Source: Armatimonadia bacterium
GTDB taxonomy: Bacteria > Armatimonadota > Zipacnadia > Zipacnadales > UBA11051
Length of the DNA: 23,904 bases
Assembly (NCBI GenBank): GCA_039683575.1
Contig: JBDKRC010000298.1
Coordinates: 1 to 23,904, forward strand
Reading direction: 5' to 3'
Below the pieces are notes generated by a model. It did not search any database. It had not been told where the DNA came from and saw only the letters and a program-made list of their open reading frames with translations. A program made the translations under genes and the position numbers. Shown here one piece after another: positions 18,701 through 23,904 of the stretch. Within the stretch, counting starts at the first letter, position 1. Each line of letters opens with the position of its first letter.

Positions 18701-19970
18701 CGAACTGTTTGCAGGTCGGCTCGTGGTACGCCGTCGGGGCGAGGACCGTCTGGTCGCCCACCTTCACCGCCTCAAGGGTCGCCATGCCGTTGTCGCAGGT
18801 CGTTGGCAGCTCAAACAGGAGCATGTAGCCGAGCTTGCCGTCGGTCACGCCGACCCACGGCATGTCCAGACTGCCCCAGCTAGACCAGCCGCGCCCGCGG
18901 TAGCTCATGTCGTCGGTGCGCACCCCGATGCCGTCGTTGTAGACGCTGGCCAGAATACGTCCCGGCCGGTCGAGCGCGAGCGGCGCGAGGGCGCTGAAGC
19001 GGTTGACCGCCATCTCCTTGTTGGGGTTACCCACGATGATCTGCAGATCGGGGCCGTTGCTGAGGAGGGCGAAGGTCACCGTCACCTCAAACGGTTTGCC
19101 GCCGCGAGTCATGGTCTTGAAGCTCATCTGACCGGGCTTGGCGGCAGCGACCGGCTCGAACGCCGGCCTTAGCTCCTGCCGCTCCGGAGCCGGGGCTCCC
19201 GCCGCGTCGGCGAGGTTGAGTTGCGCGAAGGTCTCGGGGTTCGAGTGCACCCAGGCTGCCGGGTAGTAAAGCTGACACTCGCGACCATTGCCATCGGAGT
19301 CATTGACCCCGAGGGCAAATCGCACCCGCCCACCGAGCTTCGTCGGCCCGACGATTGCCGCCGGAAGCGAGGCCTCGACCTGGTAGCCCCCCGCCGTCGG
19401 CTTCCACGCTACCTTGGCCTCGGCAACGATCCCGCTCTGACTCCACACATGCGCGCCCCACGGCCCGAATCGGAAGGCGTACTGCGTCCCCTCCAGCCAA
19501 AACTCCACGCTGTCCCGCTCCCACCACCGTGAATCGTCGGCAGCCGGGGTGACCACCTTCTGGTCCTTCACATCCACGGCCAGGTATAGCCCGGTAGGAT
19601 CCCAAAGCACCCGCGCCCGCGCGCTGCAGTCCGCTGGCCCATCCACCTGCTTCGCATCCCCAATCATCTGCGGGGTGATGTTGATGAGCGCCCCCTTGTC
19701 CACCCAGTCGCCCAGATCGACATCCACCTTCGGGGGCGTGGTTGCCTGCGGCACAAGCAGAATCGGGGTCACAGTAGAGGCGGGGTCCGGCGAGCGCCAG
19801 GTATAGCCCGCCTGCTTGTCCAGAACCTGCCAGTTGCCGGTCTGGGCGTCGAGGCTGACCTTCAGGCACTTGTTATCAAGCTCCCAGGTCTGACCGCTAT
19901 GCGAGACTGTCTGTGCAAAAAGTGGGGAAACAACAAGGAGGGTCAACAGCAGGGGGATCATCCGGCGCAT
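15753..19970 (-). CDS. Large secreted glycoside-hydrolase-like protein: CBM9-like sugar-binding domain, GH101/GH129-like barrel, CARDB-like Ig domain
   Basis: Signal peptide MRRMIPLLLTLLVVSPLFA (ATG 19970, GGAGG 9 nt upstream). CBM9-like P.VD.DL.DW...WD..GLYLAVDVKD...DSVEF...GVNDSD. Barrel motifs YDNY.D, FIDVTTA, GGEHG and YPLWELVYHDC. CARDB-like TVTARVTNLG...DNTAS. Confidence 0.7.
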   Translation of the reverse strand: MRRMIPLLLTLLVVSPLFAQTVSHSGQTWELDNKCLKVSLDAQTGNWQVLDKQAGYTWRSPDPASTVTPILLVPQATTPPKVDVDLGDWVDKGALINITPQMIGDAKQVDGPADCSARARVLWDPTGLYLAVDVKDQKVVTPAADDSRWWERDSVEFWLEGTQYAFRFGPWGAHVWSQSGIVAEAKVAWKPTAGGYQVEASLPAAIVGPTKLGGRVRFALGVNDSDGNGRECQLYYPAAWVHSNPETFAQLNLADAAGAPAPERQELRPAFEPVAAAKPGQMSFKTMTRGGKPFEVTVTFALLSNGPDLQIIVGNPNKEMAVNRFSALAPLALDRPGRILASVYNDGIGVRTDDMSYRGRGWSSWGSLDMPWVGVTDGKLGYMLLFELPTTCDNGMATLEAVKVGDQTVLAPTAYHEPTCKQFGAPRVVRYSFCQSGGHVEICKRFREYIKGQGMLVTQREKLRRKPALARLLGAPDIWGRADLKFATEAKAAGMDRLLVNSPQSAADMEKIKSLGYLMGVYDNYEDAFEGDSGRYGDFVEERDVVILADGSRMKAWLTKGEKPKQFMKRCASLFEEVARRWIPLELAKSPYNARFIDVTTATGLQECYHERHPHDRTKDREVKRNLARYVGDELNLVLGGEHGRWWGADLYNYWEGMQSGGFYSWPAGHVGLEMPQKREDIGKNYLEWGLGETNRYPLWELVYHDCVVSTWYWGDSTGHLIATAPELGYKQDAFNVLYGTVPLYWVAQPYSYNWSKPELRERLLESYRNTCKLHEQIGFDEMVSHEFVTDDRHVQHTVFADGTNVWVNFGAEPWKLSYEGKQWTLPQYGFYAKGPKLEQYRVLQPLGKAPAPALNPALRGEMTAPPEGMREATVIRAPGYLYADVSVPGLLESSGGGQTCRVEGPGMIRVNVAPGTQWVKLNCAALCPASKGAWRLLELDADGQPAALGAMASAQANMVCLEPGKAQAVILVGAEALADHAELAAGKPAVTPTHIGQGQPLTVTARVTNLGGQTAKAVPVALMLGPDAVAQTKLDLAAGKTVEAKLKLDTTKYDGALPLSVKVAEGKQELCRADNTASIEAYVEPDLRLWDTHLEAKVTAPAGGRAAVVRLPLSAADTAGKDLAATRVVLLQGDIHSYAPAQVLPTEKGAELVWRAPAGQSAYAVYMDSDQAKRHAALPSGRWDAADTTYCGDDYSVTFREGYIKGVYGGEPWQKLISNLSVSSKDTGWFDENGEVESFEVVSDGPVCTQIRVKKKLAGGHFYDKLYTLFPDHFLVSTLAHDRFGNLSRMHVIPDGTYLDDKGLTAAVDGKGDAEGIAGKNAKPLWYVIHGKGYAIVNAAVTPYQYMTYWDGGNKAAVGFEGPTQTPATVAYYIHGPEMATIPSVRDLAQADYAHATAKVEVTR

Positions 19971-20057
19971 CACCATCAGCCTCCAGGGACAGTATGGTGC
20001 AAAAGCCAACGCGATTTCGCCGCGTGGCCAGGGCAGACCTGCACGCATGCCGTAGCC

Positions 20058-20211
20058 GTAGGTGCGCGGGCGTCTCGCCCGCTCCCGCCGTTCGGAGGGG
20101 CCGCGCCGAGACCGTCTGCGGTCTCACAGCCGGCCCTGCCGTTATCCACGACACGTCCGGCTTCCCCTACCCCGCGTAGTGCGGGCGTCTCGCCCGCTCG
20201 GCCCCTCCGAA
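20058..20211. repeat. Intergenic cluster of REP-like hairpins
   Basis: Identical 19-mers GCGGGCGTCTCGCCCGCTC at 20066-20084 and 20181-20199, each preceded by GTAG. Perfect 12-bp inverted repeat TTCGGAGGGGCC (20091-20102) / GGCCCCTCCGAA (20200-20211). Small hairpin GAGACCG-TCTG-CGGTCTC at 20108-20125. Confidence 0.7.
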
Positions 20212-20220
20212 TCGGTTTCC

Positions 20221-20985
20221 CTACGCCTCAGTCTCCGCCTGCGCCGTAGCCTTCAATATGAACTCAACTATCGGCGTCGGGTCTTCCAACCCATGTGGGT
20301 GATGGTCTACCCCCGGCTTGCGGATCAGCTCAATATGTCCACCCAACGCCTCATAGCGCTCCTGCACGATCTTCGTGTTCTCTTCCCACGGCACTGCCTT
20401 GTCGGCATCCCCGAACACATGCAGCAGCGGTATCCCCGCCTTTGCCAGGGGCTCCAGGTTGTCTATCGGATTGCCCTTGTACGCCAGCGCCTCTTCCTCT
20501 GAAGCGAATCCATAGTCCTTGAGCAGCTTGTTCCACTCCGTCATGTTGTTTGTCGCCTTGCCATATCCGTACGGCCAGCTCTTGAAGTCACAGACTGCCG
20601 CATCGGCATAGAGGCACGATACGCGCTCAGGGTGGCGGGCCGCCCAGTTGTAGCAATACAGCCCCCCGCGGCTCAGGCCGATCAGGGCCGACTTGGGCGC
20701 GAAGTTGTACTTTCCCGTCAACTCCGCATAGAAGCTCTCCCAGCGGTCCATGGCCCACGGGCAGCCGAAGGTGTTATTGACCTCCAGAAAGGCCAGGTGG
20801 AACCCGTGGTCGAGCAGGCCGAGGTCCGGGCCCGGCTGGTGGTCGAAAAACTCCGCTCGCCAGACCCAGGGGCGACCCTTCGCGATCTCATGTGGCGCGA
20901 CGACAATCGCCGCGCAGCCGTCTACAACGAAATCATACCTTTCGAAGCCGTGGTAGGACGTAGCGGGACCGGGAAATGCAGACAT
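20221..20985 (-). CDS. Alpha/beta-fold hydrolase (esterase-like)
   Basis: Nucleophile elbow IGLSRGG, PWVWRAEFF, LHVFGDAD..VP (Asp) and C-terminal HHPHG (His). ATG 20985 follows AAAGGA. Confidence 0.85.
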   Translation of the reverse strand: MSAFPGPATSYHGFERYDFVVDGCAAIVVAPHEIAKGRPWVWRAEFFDHQPGPDLGLLDHGFHLAFLEVNNTFGCPWAMDRWESFYAELTGKYNFAPKSALIGLSRGGLYCYNWAARHPERVSCLYADAAVCDFKSWPYGYGKATNNMTEWNKLLKDYGFASEEEALAYKGNPIDNLEPLAKAGIPLLHVFGDADKAVPWEENTKIVQERYEALGGHIELIRKPGVDHHPHGLEDPTPIVEFILKATAQAETEA

Positions 20986-21191
20986 TGTAATGGTTCCTTT
21001 TCGGTGAAATATAGGTAATGCTGACAACCTTCGCAGTTGGGCTCCAAAAAAGCTGAAATCGTTACATCGGTCAACTTCTGTTGTTGCGATAGACCCATGA
21101 ACTGCGCAAGTTGGCACTGCTTTCGAGCAGGCAGGTAAGGCGTTCGTGGACGTCGAACTTTCGTTCTCTATTCCAACGTGAGGACTCTGCT

Positions 21192-21986
21192 ATGGACCTG
21201 TCAGTTCTTTCCCAATATGCCTCTTCGGCGCGTACTCTGTTCGAGGGTCTGCTCGAGGTCGAGATGGACGCCGCGCTAGACCGTCTGGCCGGGGGGGAGC
21301 AGTGGGAACTGCTGGCGACTATTGCCATCACCGCCAATGAACTGCCAGCCCGGCGAATCGTGAACCGTCTGCTCGCGGCAGAACGGTTCGCCGAACTGGT
21401 GCTTCCGGCCTGCTGGCGGCGGCAGGTTCGCAGGCAGGAGATTATCATGGCCAATCCGGCCCGGGCCAGGCGGGCCTTCCGCGACATCGACGCCGAGGAG
21501 GACATCTCGGGCATTCCAGAGCATATCATCCAGGAGGCCCAGGATATCGCCGATACGGCCGACAGCAGCCGTATGGCCGCTCTGAGCCGCGAGGCGGGCG
21601 TGGATCGCGATCCGCTGCGGGAGTTCATCGTCAACGAGATCGCCAAGAAGCTCAACACTTCCGAGGCGGCGGGCGAGGCCCTGATGGTGATCGCGAAGAT
21701 TGGGTCGTTCGAGGATGCGCGGCGCGCGGCGGCCCTGAAGCTCAACAACAATGAGATTGTGATGCGGCGTCTGGCCCGGGACGGTCGTGGCGCGGACATG
21801 ATCGTGGTGGCCAACAACTCGGGCCTGGAGTCGGTGCGGACCAACGTGGCGCGGGCGCTGGGGCCAGTGCTGGGGGCGATGCGGGCGCAGAAGGACTGGG
21901 ACAGCCTGCGGTGGGCCGGCAAGCACCATCCGGACCCCAAGGCCCGCGAGGCCATCGCGAAAGTGCTTGAGGAAGAAGCGCAATAA
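21192..21986 (+). CDS. Hypothetical, predominantly alpha-helical (HEAT-like) protein
   Basis: ATG 21192 follows GAGGA. Host-like GC-rich codon usage; Ala/Arg/Glu/Leu-rich with a HPDPKAREAIAKVL C-terminus. No recognised catalytic motif. Confidence 0.7.
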   Translation: MDLSVLSQYASSARTLFEGLLEVEMDAALDRLAGGEQWELLATIAITANELPARRIVNRLLAAERFAELVLPACWRRQVRRQEIIMANPARARRAFRDIDAEEDISGIPEHIIQEAQDIADTADSSRMAALSREAGVDRDPLREFIVNEIAKKLNTSEAAGEALMVIAKIGSFEDARRAAALKLNNNEIVMRRLARDGRGADMIVVANNSGLESVRTNVARALGPVLGAMRAQKDWDSLRWAGKHHPDPKAREAIAKVLEEEAQ

Positions 21987-21990
21987 ACGC

Positions 21991-22103
21991 CGCGTAGTTG
22001 GGTTCGTCTCGAACCCACTCCACCGGCTAACTGATCACGCGTAGGTGGGTGCGTCTCGCACCCACGCCAGTGGTTGTGGGTGCGAGACGCACCCACCTAC
22101 GCG
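21991..22103. repeat. Three GTAG-type REP units (one REPIN-like inverted pair plus a variant copy)
   Basis: CGCGTAGGTGGGTGCGTCTCGCACCCAC (22038-22065) and its perfect 28-bp reverse complement (22076-22103) with a 10-nt spacer. Variant CGCGTAGTTGGGTTCGTCTCGAACCCAC at 21991-22018. Confidence 0.85.
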
Positions 22104-22122
22104 AGAAAGGTCGGAACACCGC

Positions 22123-23442
22123 ATGTCACAACTCCGCGTCGGAGCCGCTCGCACCAATATCACCCCGCATCTCGGCGCCCACATGATGGGCTTCTTCAAC
22201 GACCGGCTGGCTGAGGATATTGCGGATGAGCTGTTCGCCAAGACTGTGGTCTTTGAGAATGACGAGACGGCGTTTGGCTTCTGCGTGCTCGACCTGATCA
22301 TGGCCGAGAAGCCCGATCTGGACCAGGCCAAGGCGCGAGCGAGCGAGCTGACGGGCATCGCGCAGGAGAACCTGTTCATCACGTGTACCCACACCCACTT
22401 CGGGCCGGGAACCGTCAATCTGGCGGCGGTGCCGCGAGAAGACGACTACATGCACTTCGCAATGGAGCGGGCAGGGGACAGCTTCAAGAGGGCGCAGAAC
22501 CGCCTGCGGGCGGCGGAGGTCGGCCACAACTCGGGCTCGTGCCCGGAGGAGACCCACAACCGGCGCTGGTACATGAAGGACGGCAGCGTGCGGATGAACC
22601 CCGGGTACCTCAATCCCGATGCGCTGCGGCCGGCCGGGCCGACCGACCCCGAGGTGGGGCTGCTGGTGGCGCGGGATGTCGAGACCAAACAGCCCCTGGC
22701 CGCCATCGCGAACTACTCCCTGCACTACGTGGGTGGGCCGTATGCCACCTCGATCACGGCGGACTATTTCGGGTACTTCGACCGGGCCCTGCAGCGCCTC
22801 TATGGCGCTGAGTTCGTTGGCGTCATGGCCAATGGCTTCTGCGGCGACATCAACAACTGTGACTTCACCAGGCCCGCGCCCCAGTACCCGTACCCCTTCT
22901 ATCAGGCCGAGCGGGTCGGCAACCGCGTGGCCGCTGCGGCCTACGATGCCTGGCTCGACATCCGGGACTATGCGAGCGAAGTGACGCTGGGGGTGACCAC
23001 CGAGCAGGTGAAGTTCCGGCGGCGGGAGCCCAGCGCCGAGGAGTTGGCGGCGGCGCGGGAGTTAGTGGCGACCGAGGTGTCCCAGACCGATCCGGGTTGG
23101 GCGGAATGGATGTATGCCAGCGAGGTCATTGGTGTGAATGAGGAGCCGGTGGTGCGCGACACGCCCGTCATGGCGCTCAGGGTGGGGGACCTGGGGATCG
23201 TTGGGTTGCCCGGCGAGATCTTCGTGGAGTACGGACTGCAGATCAAGGCGAGGTCGCCGTTCGCGCGGACGCTCACGGTGGAGCTTGCTAACGACTACCT
23301 GGGCTACTGCCCGACCGACAAGGCACTGGATGAGGGCAGCTACGAGACGCGGCTGGCGCGGACAGCAAAGGCTGCCAGGGGGACCGAGGGGCTGTTTGTG
23401 GAGGCGTCGGTGAAGGCTTTGGAAAGATTGGCGGAGGGGTAG
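22123..23442 (+). CDS. Neutral/alkaline ceramidase-like amidohydrolase
   Basis: VGAAR.NITP, ITCTHTHFGP, NRR, GPTDPEV, NYSLH, GFCGDIN, LPGEIF and ELANDYLGYCP...GSYE motifs. Start ATG 22123 follows GAAAGG; the track's 22045 start lies inside the repeat. Confidence 0.82.
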   Translation: MSQLRVGAARTNITPHLGAHMMGFFNDRLAEDIADELFAKTVVFENDETAFGFCVLDLIMAEKPDLDQAKARASELTGIAQENLFITCTHTHFGPGTVNLAAVPREDDYMHFAMERAGDSFKRAQNRLRAAEVGHNSGSCPEETHNRRWYMKDGSVRMNPGYLNPDALRPAGPTDPEVGLLVARDVETKQPLAAIANYSLHYVGGPYATSITADYFGYFDRALQRLYGAEFVGVMANGFCGDINNCDFTRPAPQYPYPFYQAERVGNRVAAAAYDAWLDIRDYASEVTLGVTTEQVKFRRREPSAEELAAARELVATEVSQTDPGWAEWMYASEVIGVNEEPVVRDTPVMALRVGDLGIVGLPGEIFVEYGLQIKARSPFARTLTVELANDYLGYCPTDKALDEGSYETRLARTAKAARGTEGLFVEASVKALERLAEG

Positions 23443-23732
23443 GGGAGAGCAAGGGAAGAGCAAATAACGGCGGGCGGTTTGTCTGGCGCTAAGGCGGCGG
23501 GCGAGCCGCTCGTTTTGCCGTCCTGAGGGGAAAGCGAGGGAAACGGCCCGAGCCGGCAGGGATGCCGTGCGACGCGGACGTCGCTTCGCGCTCCCAGTGA
23601 ACGGCCAGATGCGCCGCTGCAGGCCTATTTTCAGGGCAGACCACAAAGTATTGCCGATTGGGGCAGGAATGTGGCAGCTACTCATCGAATAATCTTATTT
23701 CGGTCTCAAATTGTAAAGGGGTGTTCTTTTTG

Positions 23733-23789
23733 ATGAACAGACGCGGTTTCACGTTGATTGAGTTGTTGGTGGTAATTGCCATCATGTAG
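23733..23789 (+). pseudogene. Truncated or interrupted prepilin-type gene (18 aa: [18 protein letters not shown])
   Basis: Below the ORF-track cut-off. SD-like AAAGGGGTG at 23715-23723, intact class III signal motif, TAG at 23787-23789. The expected continuation [11 protein letters not shown] is absent from all three forward frames in the rest of the window. Confidence 0.8.
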
Positions 23790-23904
23790 CCGCTGAACAA
23801 CCGGCCCTTCTCGTGCGTTGAAGTTCAGCTTTGACTTTCGGAATCTGCTTTTTTGCCGGATTTTGGCTCCAGAAGCCCTCTACAGCCCGTTTCGCGCCCC
23901 TTCA

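Noticed and set aside
21111-21126. Sigma54 promoter (TTGGCAC...)
   Set aside because: The -12 element reads TTCG rather than TTGC at the required spacing.
21991-22103. Possible mini-CRISPR array of 28-bp repeats
   Set aside because: The third copy is inverted, spacers are 19 and 10 nt, and there are no cas genes; the layout fits REP/REPIN.
23443-23730. Riboswitch or ribozyme in the long region upstream of the truncated prepilin
   Set aside because: GC-rich hairpins are possible, but I could not match c-di-GMP, cobalamin or hammerhead consensus elements; an Rfam scan would be needed.
23786-23904. Group II intron boundary at the prepilin break
   Set aside because: The plus strand starts GTAGC rather than GTGYG. 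The minus strand ends in AC, but no domain V/VI structure is recognisable.

Overview
GC-rich bacterial chromosomal segment, probably Armatimonadota or a similar lineage. This is inferred from the [34 protein letters not shown] prepilin/H-X9-DG (DUF1559-type) genes and the FlgD-Ig-tailed M6 protease. Left to right: partial MDR/zinc-type dehydrogenase (-), MscS channel (+), small Cys-rich HNH-like protein (-), PFL-family glycyl radical enzyme with no adjacent activase (-), multidomain M6 metalloprotease (-), secreted glycoside-hydrolase-like protein (-), lower-GC membrane-anchored hypothetical (-), mutS (-), two tandem prepilin/H-X9-DG genes (+), cupredoxin lipoprotein (-), ~1400-aa secreted CBM9/GH-like/CARDB protein (-), alpha/beta hydrolase (-), helical hypothetical (+) and ceramidase-like amidohydrolase (+). 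At the right edge a third prepilin gene stops after 18 codons. No rRNA, tRNA, CRISPR array or transposase ORF was recognised. The most notable signals are: (1) a GTAG-type REP/REPIN-like palindrome lying in frame inside mutS and translated as part of an extra peptide; (2) the prepilin gene cut at the conserved IAI|I motif and followed by unrelated, possibly IS-end-like DNA; (3) several GTAG-led palindromes with compensatory stem changes; (4) an orphan glycyl radical enzyme with a GCHEP Cys loop; (5) an apparently catalytically dead mini-HNH protein. All family calls come from motif recognition by eye; no searches were run.
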